A DNA stretch of 64,000 nt from an uncultured Acidobacteriota bacterium (GTDB lineage Bacteria; Acidobacteriota; UBA6911), in the NCBI GenBank assembly GCA_963718845.1, contig CAVRAD010000017.1:403154-467153 (forward strand), written 5' to 3'. Positions within the stretch are counted from its first letter, which is position 1; the number at the start of each line of letters is the position of its first letter. The notes below the pieces were generated by a model. That model was given only the letters and a program-made list of their open reading frames with translations, was not told the origin of the DNA and ran no database searches. Shown one piece after another: positions 20,529 through 29,858 of the stretch. A program made the translations under genes and the position numbers.

Positions 20529-21892
20529 TTAGTGCGTCGGAGTATCTAGCGGGAAACGCGGGACCCTCGGATAGATATCCCCAACGAAGTTCTGCTTCCT
20601 GTACATACTTTTTCCCCAGTTGCATGGCCAGAAGCGCTTTTTGTAGCTCTTTCCCCATGTAAAAGGCCTGCGCGGCGTCCTCGATCTTCAGCTGGTCAAA
20701 AATTCTCCGGATATCCGTATCTTTGATGAAGAGAGCATTATTGAACACATAAATAGAATTGCGATCGGCAAAAATGCGAAAATTGCGGTCGCGGATTTGC
20801 GCCTTCATGGCACGCAGCTCTTCTTCGCTGAAGGTCTCGAAGGGCAGGGTCCTTAACAGTAACCAGCCCGTCATTCAGGTGCTTGGGCAGTATTTTGTTC
20901 CGGCACGCGTAATCCATAAGCCGGCGCGCGATATCGAGTTCGCGTACCGCGCCCCGCGCCCAGCTTATCACTTCCGTGGTGAGGACATAATCAATATCAA
21001 GCTCGCTGATTATACCGGCCATCACTGCCGTGATTCCCGTTGTATCGGCATCGGTCAATTCGGTGAGATTGCCGAGTCCCATGAGCATTTCAGCCTTCGG
21101 ATACTTGCGGCGCATTGCGATAAAGTTTCCTATGGATCCGCTGAAGTCAAACCCGATCGGATTTAAGACAGGATCGATGATGTACGAAACACCCCAGGCT
21201 TCCAATCGGGCGATGTTGCGCTCCAGGGATTTCATTCCCTTCTCAGAATCCGGGATAACGACTACCCTGCATCGCAAACGGCGAGCCAGATCGATGTTTT
21301 GAGAATTTATGCTCAGAACGTAATCCGCTCCCGCCTCGTCCGCACTCAGGATATCGCCCGGGTTGAAGGAATCCACGCTAACAGAGAATCCACGTTTCTT
21401 GAGTGCCTTTATTATCCTGCCAATTCCGGGAAAACCTCCCTGCACCGGGCAACCGAGATCGATGATGTCTGCGCCGTTGGCCTGATAATACGAAGCTCTC
21501 TCCAGTACCTGCTCAAGACTCAACTCATAGGCATTAACGATTTCGGCAATGATTTTTGTCCGATAGGCGCCATAGCCTGTCAGGTTCCTGGTGTTTCCGA
21601 AATATTCAGGAATTTCTTTAAGATTTTTGGGGCCCCGTACCACGTCCACGCCCAGCGCATCGACGATTGGCTTCAGATCGCCCTTGCACAATCCTGGAAT
21701 CATAACCCGATCGCAGCCCCTGCTGTTTGCCAGATGCTTTGCTACAAATCGCGTGTCCATTAACGCGGCAACTGAAATCGGAAGAATGGAGATTTCATAT
21801 TCGAACTCCGAGGAAATTTTTTCCAATGTGTCCCTAAGGGAGGGGGCGGCTAGTCTTCCGGTTACAATCAGATAGCGCGCCATTGCTGCCAC
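20512..21892 (-). CDS. dihydropteroate synthase-like pterin-binding protein with C-terminal DUF4346-like domain (MptH-like), one frameshift near 20870
   Basis: ORF 20738..21892 is DHPS-like (ADIIDLGCPVQGG..., SVDSFNP, VLSINS). It continues in ORF 20512..20874 (LLLRTLPFETFSEEELRAMKAQIRDRNFRIFADRNSIYVF). Confidence 0.7.
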
Positions 21893-22100
21893 TCCTCCGA
21901 TTTAAAATCGGGATCGGGGTCGGAATCGAATAGATAGAGCACACTATCGATCCCAATTCTGCCCCTAGACCAACATCCGAAAAGCTGTGTCGCGCCTGCT
22001 TTCATGGGCGTGACAGACTGCTCCGAGGATGGCACAAAGCGCCGGCATATTTCCACTCGAAAAAGTGCTCATGTTCGTGCGAATTATTTTTCTGTCCCGT

Positions 22101-22129
22101 TTGACAAATTCCATCATGAAACTTATCAA
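22101..22129 (+). promoter_or_regulatory. candidate sigma70-type promoter for the hsp20 pair
   Basis: TTGACA (22101-22106), a 17-nt spacer, then TATCAA (22124-22129), about 55 nt upstream of the hsp20 ATG. Confidence 0.35.
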
Positions 22130-22182
22130 AACAACGGAAAAATGATGTAGGTCACAACAAATTCCGAAGGGAGGTTCCATCC

Positions 22183-22653
22183 ATGAGTCTTACATCTTTT
22201 GATTTTGTTGAGGATATGGCGAGAATGCGAAGGGAAATAGACCGGATCCTGGGTGAAGACAGGTTTTCTTCATGGACCTTTCCATTCTCCCAAATTTCTT
22301 TTCTGCCGGGAAAAGCATCACGCGCATATCCGCTGATAAATGTTAGCGAGGACAAAGACAATATTTATGTCGATGCGCTTGCTCCAGGTCTTGATCCCGA
22401 AACCTTGAACGCATCTGTTTCCGGAGACCAGCTCGTCATTTCGGGGGAGAAAAAGCCCTTGCCGAAAAATGTCAAATCCGAGTTTGTCCATCGCAGCGAG
22501 CGATCCACGGGGCAATTCGCTCGAAGCCTTTCCCTTTCCGTTAGCGTGCAAAGCGAAAAGGTTCAGGCCAACTACACGAACGGAGTGCTAAAGATACTCT
22601 TGCCCAAAATGGAAGAAGCAAAGCCCAAACAAATTCAGGTAAAACTGGGATGA
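22183..22653 (+). CDS. Hsp20/alpha-crystallin family small heat shock protein
   Basis: 156 aa with an alpha-crystallin domain (NIYVDALAPGLDPETLNASVSGDQLVISGEKK...GVLKILLPK). Confidence 0.85.
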   Translation: MSLTSFDFVEDMARMRREIDRILGEDRFSSWTFPFSQISFLPGKASRAYPLINVSEDKDNIYVDALAPGLDPETLNASVSGDQLVISGEKKPLPKNVKSEFVHRSERSTGQFARSLSLSVSVQSEKVQANYTNGVLKILLPKMEEAKPKQIQVKLG

Positions 22654-22688
22654 AACAGGCAATGCCATCGATCGTGGAGGGATAAACG

Positions 22689-23099
22689 ATGACTGAAAAA
22701 ACAGCTGCTCTTACAACGGATAAAAGAAGCATAGAAACAAAAGGCGAGAAATCACTGGCTACAAGGGACGACACTCTCTATATAGCACCGCCCGTAGACA
22801 TTTTTGAGACGGATGACGCCCTGACGGTTGTGGCGGATCTTCCGGGAGTGGACAAGGATGCAGTCGATATCCGCGTCGAAGATAGCATTCTCACCATAAA
22901 GGGTCGAGCGAATTACAGTCCGCAAGCCGAAATGCTTCGTCAGGAATTCAGCCTGCAGGGCTACTATCGTCAGTTCCAGCTGAGTGATGAAGTGGATCAG
23001 GACAGAATATCTGCGGAGTGCAAAAATGGCGTACTGACAATTATGCTGCCTAAAGCAGAAAGGTCGAAACCAAGACAAATCAAAGTAAGAATGAATTAA
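22689..23099 (+). CDS. Hsp20/alpha-crystallin family small heat shock protein
   Basis: 136 aa (PPVDIFETDDALTVVADLPGVDKDAVDIRVEDSILTIKG...NGVLTIMLPK). Confidence 0.85.
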   Translation: MTEKTAALTTDKRSIETKGEKSLATRDDTLYIAPPVDIFETDDALTVVADLPGVDKDAVDIRVEDSILTIKGRANYSPQAEMLRQEFSLQGYYRQFQLSDEVDQDRISAECKNGVLTIMLPKAERSKPRQIKVRMN

Positions 23100-23100
23100 C

Positions 23101-23129
23101 GCCGCGAAATAGCCATCGAGCTTCGCGGC
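23101..23129 (+). terminator. hairpin immediately after hsp20 (8-bp stem GCCGCGAA/TTCGCGGC, 13-nt loop)
   Basis: Read directly. No T-tract follows, so it is not a canonical intrinsic terminator. Confidence 0.3.
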
Positions 23130-23158
23130 CAGGCCGAAGGGACGGGCTTGGGTGCAAT

Positions 23159-23186
23159 AGGTTTCAGGTTGCAGGTTTCCAGTTAA
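23159..23186. repeat. heptamer tandem array (AGGTTTC AGGTTGC AGGTTTC CAGTTAA)
   Basis: Read directly in the hsp20-phr spacer. The unit is related to the 41.7-kb array. Confidence 0.4.
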
Positions 23187-23206
23187 AACCATTATTATCC
23201 TGAACT

Positions 23207-24550
23207 ATGAGCAAGCCCGCCCTGGTTTGGTTCCGGTTGGATTTGCGCCTGACCGACAATCCTGCGCTGGCGGCTGCAGCAGCCAGTCAAAAACAGATCA
23301 TGCCGGTATTCATCTGGGCGCCTGAAGAGGAAGGAGACTGGCCGCCGGGAGCCGCCAGCCGCTGGTGGCTGCATCAATCGCTGAAGGCGCTGGACACCGA
23401 TTTTCGGCAGCAGGAACGCGTCTGATTATCCGCCGCGGTCCGTCTCTTGATGCGATGCGGTCCATCATTCGCGAAAGCGGCGCAACCGAGATATTCTGGA
23501 ACCGCCGCTATGAACCGGCGCTTATCGACAGGGACAATAGAATCCGGCAGGCGCTGACCTCCGAAGGGGTTAAGGTCGAAACTTTCAACGCATCTTTATT
23601 GTTTGATCCTGAAGAAATAAAAAACAGCAGCGGCAAGCCGTTCCAGGTATTCACGCCGTTCTGGCGGGCATGCGTTTCGGCTGCGCCCGATTTCAGTGCC
23701 TTTGCCGCGGCCGGCGCTGCAAAAACCAAGGACATTCCTTCCCTCTCTTGCGCTGGACGCATTGGCCCTGGAACCGGCCGTCGACTGGCCGAAAGGTTTT
23801 CGTTCCGTATGGCAGCCGGGAGAGGCCGGCGCGCGCACGATGCTGCGCAGCTTTCTCGATGACGCCATCGAGAACTATCCGGAGCAGCGCGATTACCCGG
23901 CGATATCCGGCACTTCCCGACTCTCGCCGCACCTTCACTTCGGCGAAATATCGCCGCGCCAGGTTTGGGCCGCCTGCTCCCAGCGCCGCAGCGCGGCATC
24001 CAAAGCGTTTCTGCGTCAGCTGGGCTGGCGCGAATTTGCCCATCACCTGCTGTATCACTTTCCCCATACAGCGCAGAAGCCTTTGCGGCCGCAGTTCGAA
24101 CGGTTTCGCTGGCGGGATGATCCGGAAAAGCTTTTAGTGTGGCAACGGGGTCGCACCGGATATCCGATCGTGGATGCGGGCATGCGGGAATTGTGGTCCA
24201 CGGGATGGATGCACAACCGTGTGCGGATGATCACCGGCTCATTCCTTGTAAAAGACCTGCTGGTATCCTGGACAGAAGGCGCGCGCTGGTTTTGGGACAC
24301 GCTGGTGGATGCCGATCTTGCCAACAATACGCTCGGCTGGCAATGGGTCGCCGGCTGCGGGGCGGATGCTGCGCCCTACTTTCGCATTTTCAATCCGGAA
24401 ACCCAGGCTAAGAAATTCGATCCAGAAAAAGGGTATGTTGGCCGATGGGTGCCGGAGCGGGATACTCCGGATTATCCCCGACCGATCGTCGATCACGCGC
24501 GTGCTCGCGAACGGGCACTGCAAACATTGCTACTGGTAAAAAAACGATGA
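23207..24550 (+). CDS. phrB: deoxyribodipyrimidine photolyase (cryptochrome/photolyase family), two frameshifts near 23410 and 23700
   Basis: Three ORF pieces join: ALVWFRLDLRLTDNPAL..., IFWNRRYEP...FQVFTPFWRA..., TSRLSPHLHFGEISPRQVW...GWMHNRVRMITGSFLVKDL...WFWDTLVDADLANNTLGWQWVAGCGADAAPYFRIFNP. Confidence 0.85.
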
Positions 24551-26006
24551 AACCATTAATTTTACTGACCGGCGCCACCGGATATATCGGTGGACGGCTG
24601 CTCAAACTGTTCGAAGCCGAACGCCATCCCGTGCGTTGCCTCGTCCGGCGCCCTGAATTTTTTCGCGGCCGCGTTGCCCCGGAGACAGATGTGATTGCCG
24701 GGGATTTGCTGGATTCGGAATCTCTCCGGAAGGCCATGAACGGCGTGCATGCCGCGTATTATCTTGTTCACTCCATGGGGACGTCTCAAGGCTTTGAGGA
24801 AACAGATCGCCGCGCCGCCGAATGTTTTGCCGGCGCGGCGCGCGCTGAGGGAATCCGGCGAATCATCTATCTCGGGGGCCTGGGAGACCGCCTCGGTCAA
24901 GCTTTCGCCGCATTTGCGCAGCCGCCAGGAGGTCGGGGAGATTCTGAGGCAATCGGGCGTGCCCGTCATCGAGTTTCGAGCATCGATTGTCCTCGGATCG
25001 GGCAGTCTCTCGTTTGAGATGATTCGCGCCCTCGTGGAGCGTCTCCCGGTCATGATCACACCCCGCTGGGTGGCAATTCTTGCCCAGCCTATCGCAATCG
25101 ATGATGCGCTTCAGTATTTGCGTGCCGGCGTTGGATGTGCCTCTCGATGGTTCGCCGATATACGAGATCGGGGGGCCGGACCGCGTGTCCTACGGTGCAT
25201 TGATGCGCGAGTATGCGCGTCAACGCGGTCTGCGCCGCCTCATGATTCACGTTCCCGTTTTAACTCCCCGCCTGTCAAGCCTGTGGCTGGGGTTGGTCAC
25301 TCCGCTCTACGCCCGCATCGGCCGCAAGCTGATCGACAGCATCCGTCATCCTACCGTTGTGCACGATGACACGGCCCTGCGCGCGTTTCCCGTCCGCCCC
25401 GTCGGCGTGCGCGAAGCCATTGCTCACGCGCTGAGAAACGAGGACCGGGAGTATGCCGAAACTCGCTGGTCGGATGCGCTTTCGTCTGCCGGGCCGCTGC
25501 CTCGATGGGGCGGCGTGCGCTTCGGCAACCGGCTCATTGATGCAAGGCAGATGCACGTCTCCACAGCGCCGTCTGAAGCTTTTGCCCCGATCCAGCGCAT
25601 TGGCGGCTCAACCGGCTGGTACTATGGCAACTGGCTCTGGACGCTTCGCGGTTGGATGGATTTGCTCCTGGGCGGCGTGGGCATGCGCCGCGGCCGGCGG
25701 GATAGTGAACAATTGAAAGCTGGCGACACGATCGACTGCTGGCGCGTGGAAGCGTTTGAACCGGGACGAAGGCTGCGTCTTGCTGCGGAAATGAAGCTGC
25801 CCGGCCGCGCCTGGCTGGAGTTCGAAGTGACGGGCGACGGCGCCGGCTCTCTCATCCGCCAAACGGCAATTTTCGATCCGGTGGGTCTGCGCGGGCTCCT
25901 GTATTGGTATTCTGTCTATCCATTGCACCAGTTCGTATTTGGAGGAATGCTGCGCCGCATTGCCCAGCAGGCGCAAGAGCCGTCGAGCAAGCTGGGAGCA
26001 GCCTGA
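24547..26006 (+). CDS. NAD(P)-binding SDR/NmrA-like protein with C-terminal DUF2867-like domain, two frameshifts near 24888 and 25125
   Basis: MKPLILLTGATGYIGGRLL (Rossmann motif). Continuing frames carry LSPHLRSRQEVGEIL...VIEFRASIVLGSGSLSFEMIR and IYEIGGPDRVSYGALMREYA. The ATG overlaps the phr stop (ATGA). Confidence 0.7.
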
Positions 26007-26076
26007 AATCTAAAACGGAAATGAATCCCTGAGCTCCTTTGAAATCGAGGCCAATAAAGCATCCGTCTCCGACGGT

Positions 26077-26601
26077 TTAATCCGAAGATAGATATCTCTC
26101 CAATTCTGCCTGGTTGTGGACTACGACGACTCCCTCGAAGCTCCTGAGCTTCTCTGTGTTTTCCAGATCTATTTTCCGGGGATACACTTTTATGGATTCC
26201 CGACTGGGCCCCGGAGAATCCGTTTCCGGCGCCAGATCGGTAGGAAACACCACGATCGGAACACGGGCTTTACCAGCCTGTGCCAATAGGTTCGTCACCA
26301 GCGTATCTGAGATGCCGTGGATAAACTTTGCTACTGAATTTGAGGTGGCCGGAGCAACTACCAGAAGACGGTACATGCCGGCAAACAGCCTCCCCACTAA
26401 AGGCGAACTGGCTCTGTTCTCCCGGTATACGCGCAGGCGCGGCGTATTCAGGAAAACATCCAAACCATACACACTCACCACTTCCTCCGCCGCCCGAGAT
26501 AGAAACACATCAACGTTTTCATGCTTCAGCAGCATTTTGATGCACTCATCAAGAGCGTGCCCTGCACCCGTAATTCCCCATGCAATCCGTTTCTCGTTCA
26601 A
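26077..26601 (-). CDS. flavoprotein (AfpA/DmrB-like, PF02441-type); dihydromethanopterin reductase candidate
   Basis: 174 aa: IAWGITGAGHALDECI...LLVVAPATSNSVAKFIHGISDTLVTNLL is the flavoprotein-family pattern. The DmrB role is inferred from family membership and the C1 island in the window. Confidence 0.6.
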   Translation of the reverse strand: MNEKRIAWGITGAGHALDECIKMLLKHENVDVFLSRAAEEVVSVYGLDVFLNTPRLRVYRENRASSPLVGRLFAGMYRLLVVAPATSNSVAKFIHGISDTLVTNLLAQAGKARVPIVVFPTDLAPETDSPGPSRESIKVYPRKIDLENTEKLRSFEGVVVVHNQAELERYLSSD

Positions 26602-26661
26602 TTGTCATCCCTCCTGTCTTGTTTCTGGACGCATATCGGGTAGTGTACCACGGCATCGGGG

Positions 26662-26719
26662 CTAGGAGTCTGTCCGAGTAATAGAAGGGGCCCCTTCTAT
26701 TACTCGGACAGACTCCTAG
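26662..26719. repeat. 58-bp perfect palindrome (copy 2 of 2)
   Basis: ctaggagtctgtccgagtaatagaagggg / ccccttctattactcggacagactcctag, 29-nt arms with no loop. It lies between two co-directional minus-strand genes. Confidence 0.8.
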
Positions 26720-26726
26720 GATCTTT

Positions 26727-27806
26727 TTATGGCTCCAAGCTTTTATGACTCGAAGATGTCAATGTGTCTTCCGGGAAATTGCCTAGCAACAGACGGTTGT
26801 AGATGTCCCCCTGATCGCTTTCTACGCGTTCAAGAGTGCCGGCCGCATACACTAATTCCCCTGCGCGCACCTGTTCACAAAACCGGCCGCGAAAAGAGAT
26901 GATTTGGCTTGGAATTGAGTGCTGCGGACCCTCGATGAGGCGAACGTTGGTTAATAGATATCTGCAGGGAGTGAAGATTGCATCCTGATCATCAGCGATC
27001 GAGGCAGTTATTACCGCCCGTCCGATCGGCGTGTAGCGCAAACTCCCGTACGCATGCCCCGCTTCGTGCGCACTCCGAACGAAGCGGACAAAGTATGCCC
27101 GTTGACGGAATCTTCCCTGGTTTGCTTTGCATTTTTCGAGTTTCACAAATTCTTCATAGGCCATGCGTGTGTCGGCTATGCGTTGCTCAAAAAGCTCCTG
27201 CATCCCAGCGGAATCGAGCCTGTTTAAATCAGGACAGGACTTTTCATCCAGCATTCTTAGTAACGCCCGATATACACTGCGGCAGTTCTCCGTGCCGAAC
27301 ACAACGACATCGAGATCGGACTTTTCCGTGAATAGTCCGGTAAGCAAGGAACCTGTGATGCCCAGAGCCGAGGAAGGAACTTGAGCCTTATTTTGTAGCA
27401 GGCTTAGAAAAGCAACGGCATCCTCTTCGATCTCTGCCCGGATGCACGCCTGTTCCAATTCTCTGTACCTCTGACGCGGATCATATATCTTCTGAACCAT
27501 GGCTTCGGGCACGCTCTGGAGCGTTGTTTGAAATACCGGATCGTAGGCAAGATATTGCGGATAGGTTGACTTTATTTGTTTCTCTTGTTCGTCGAAGTGG
27601 TACAGGCGGCGGTAAAATTTTCCACCCTTTCTTCGATCGCCGCCCGTGGTATCGGGCATGTATCGAAGTACTGCAATCCTCCGATCGGGCGGATGCTCAA
27701 ATCCTTTGACCGCGAAAAACAGACCATCCTTGGTCTCGAGGTAAAAGCTCTCAATTACTTCGGCAAAGGGATCGTCCCTGTCAGGAACGTTCTTATCACG
27801 GTTCAA
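26727..27806 (-). CDS. nucleotidyltransferase-domain protein (archaeal COG1665-like), function unknown
   Basis: 359 aa with a GITGSLLTGLFTEKSDLDVVVFG (GS...D.D) Pol-beta-type NTase motif. The family assignment is tentative. Confidence 0.45.
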   Translation of the reverse strand: MNRDKNVPDRDDPFAEVIESFYLETKDGLFFAVKGFEHPPDRRIAVLRYMPDTTGGDRRKGGKFYRRLYHFDEQEKQIKSTYPQYLAYDPVFQTTLQSVPEAMVQKIYDPRQRYRELEQACIRAEIEEDAVAFLSLLQNKAQVPSSALGITGSLLTGLFTEKSDLDVVVFGTENCRSVYRALLRMLDEKSCPDLNRLDSAGMQELFEQRIADTRMAYEEFVKLEKCKANQGRFRQRAYFVRFVRSAHEAGHAYGSLRYTPIGRAVITASIADDQDAIFTPCRYLLTNVRLIEGPQHSIPSQIISFRGRFCEQVRAGELVYAAGTLERVESDQGDIYNRLLLGNFPEDTLTSSSHKSLEP

Positions 27807-27931
27807 GGATTTGCCTTACCTGAGATTTTGAAAGACTGGAACCAAAGCGGCAGCAAGCTCTGCCCCTTACACGCATTCCCGTCATCATAAACCGGCAAAT
27901 CATGGATTGGGGCTTCAGCCTCCTGGGAGCA

Positions 27932-28121
27932 CCGCCGTCTCGGTTAATGCCGCATCTTTTTTGCAGGGCGAAGCTTTCGGAGATGTGCGGCTGTTCGCTG
28001 CCGCTTTCGATAAAGAGCTGAAAAACATGGGTTTTGAGCGTTTTTAAAAGCGGCAGCAAGCTGCCGCACTCCGAAGGCGCCCTGAGGGCGCAAAAAGTAT
28101 GCGGCATTAGCCGTCTCGGCG
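27932..28121. repeat. approximately 190-bp non-coding element bounded by about 33-nt inverted repeats (MITE-like or structured RNA)
   Basis: Left end ccgccgtctcggttaatgccgcatcttttttgc; right end gcaaaaagtatgcggcattagccgtctcggcgg. The core contains the perfect hairpin gcggcagc-aa-gctgccgc (28050-28067). A partial copy, aaagcggcagcaagctctgcc, lies at 27845-27865. Confidence 0.45.
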
Positions 28122-28225
28122 GCTCTTTGAAGAAGAAGCTGAAAAGAAGGCAAATACTCCATATTTTGCTCGGAAATCGCGATTGCCAGCAGCCGGCCGG
28201 CGGGACGCCGGCGCTCCCAGGGATG

Positions 28226-29768
28226 TCATGGAAGCCTGGCCACGTTTGTTTTGAAATAGTCGACGCGCACCCGCTCCACGATGGCGTTTACCGGCTCGTC
28301 GAGATACTTGGTGAAGAATGTCGGATAGATGCCGATCCAGAATGCCAGGATGATCAGCGGGACGAAGGTCGCCAACTCTCTCATATTCAGATCCGGCAAA
28401 GCCTTGTTCAGCGGATTCTCGATCTTCCCGAACATCACGCGCTGATACAGCCACAGCATGTAGGCCGCCCCGAGCACGATTCCGATCACGGCAAGCGCCG
28501 CGTACGGCCACAAGCCCGGAGCCGCGAACGTTCCCTGAAGAATGATAGAATTCCCCGATGAAACCGTTCAAAGCAGGCATCCCGATGGAACTCAGCGTCA
28601 TGATCAGAAACACCGTCGCGTACACCGGCATGATGTGGCTCAATCCGCCATACTCTGAGATCAAGCGCGTGTGGCGCCGCTCATAAATTACGCCGACGAT
28701 CAAGAACAGCGCGCCGGTGGAGATGCCGTGGTTGATCATCTGCAGGATGCCGCCCTGAAGGGAAACGGGCGTCGCCGCAAAAACTCCCAGCATCACAAAT
28801 CCCAGATGGCTGACCGAAGAATAGGCCACCAGCGATTTCATGTCTTTCTGCATCATCGCCACGAGCCCGCCATAAATGATTCCGATCAGCGAAAGAATCA
28901 GCAGCGGCTTTAAAAAATGCATCGTAGCCCACGGAAACATCGGGAGAGAAAAACGCACGAAACCGTAGGTCCCCATTTTCAGCAGAACGCCTGCCAGGAT
29001 GACCGATCCGGCTGTGGGCGCTTCCACGTGTGCATCCGGCAGCCACGTGTGGAACGGAAACATGGGAACCTTGATCGCAAAGCCGACGAAGAAAGCAAGG
29101 AAGACCCAGAACTGCAGGTCCGTCGGGAATCCCAGTTTCTGGAAAGCGAGAATATCGAAGGAATAGACGCCTGAAACATCGTGCTGATAGAAGTAGATTG
29201 CCAGGATGCCCACGAGCATGAGCACGGAACCGGCCAGAGTATACAGGAAAAACTTAATGGCCGCATACAGCTTCCTGGGTCCGCCCCAGACTCCAATCAG
29301 GAAATACATGGGCACCAGCATGACTTCCCAGAACACGTAAAAGACCAGAAAATCGAGAGACATGAAGACGCCGAGCATGCCGGTTTGCAGCAGCAGCATG
29401 AACGCATAGTATTCCTTGACGCGGTCTTTAATTGCGGTCCATGAGGAAAGAATGGCGATGGATCCCAGCAGGGTCGTCAACAGAACCAGCAGCATGCTGA
29501 TTCCGTCGATCCCGAACTTGTATGCCGCCCCGAGCTGCGGAATCCAGGGATGCTCATAGAGAAACCGGAATCCGTTTGGATTGATGAATCGCGGATCATT
29601 GAATGCCGTCAGGAGCGGGATGGAAATCAGGAAACCCACGAAAGCGGTGATGTTGGCGATCCACTTGATCGCGATCTCGTTTTCCCGCTTCATGAACATA
29701 ATCACCACCATTCCCGCCAGCGGGAGGTAGCAGACTATGTTCAGGATATTATTCATAAAAAAGTCCAT
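28226..29768 (-). CDS. nuoM: NADH-quinone oxidoreductase subunit M, one frameshift near 28550
   Basis: FYVFWEVMLVPMYFLIGVWGG...FPFHTWLPDAHVEAPTAGSVILAGVLLKMGTYG...SSVSHLGFVMLG. The C-terminus continues in ORF 28226..28513. Confidence 0.85.
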
Positions 29769-29788
29769 TGCATCCGACTCCCGAATGA

Positions 29789-29858
29789 GATTCCAGATTC
29801 GAGATTCCAGATTCCAGATTCGAATTTCAGTCTGGAATCTGGAATCTGGAATCTGGAA
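29789..29858. repeat. inverted heptamer arrays (GATTCCA x about 6 / TCTGGAA x 4) forming a long hairpin
   Basis: The sequence gattcca gattcga gattcca gattcca gattcga atttcag | tctggaa x4 fills the nuoL-nuoM spacer. Confidence 0.85.

Noticed and set aside
21868-22180. Small minus-strand ORFs (62 and 71 aa) between the DHPS-like gene and hsp20.
   Set aside because: They have no ribosome-binding site and no recognisable motif, and they overlap the predicted hsp20 promoter region. They are most likely non-coding.
27796-28162. ORFs 27796..28107 (103 aa) and 27944..28162 (72 aa) as a degraded nuoN or novel genes.
   Set aside because: Their translations are not hydrophobic or NuoN-like. They are generated by reading through hairpin repeats (for example KSGSKLPHSE from the GCGGCAGCAAGCTGCCGC hairpin).
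29789-29858. Heptamer and octamer arrays as CRISPR arrays.
   Set aside because: The units are 7-8 nt and directly abutting, with no unique spacers. No cas genes are in the window.
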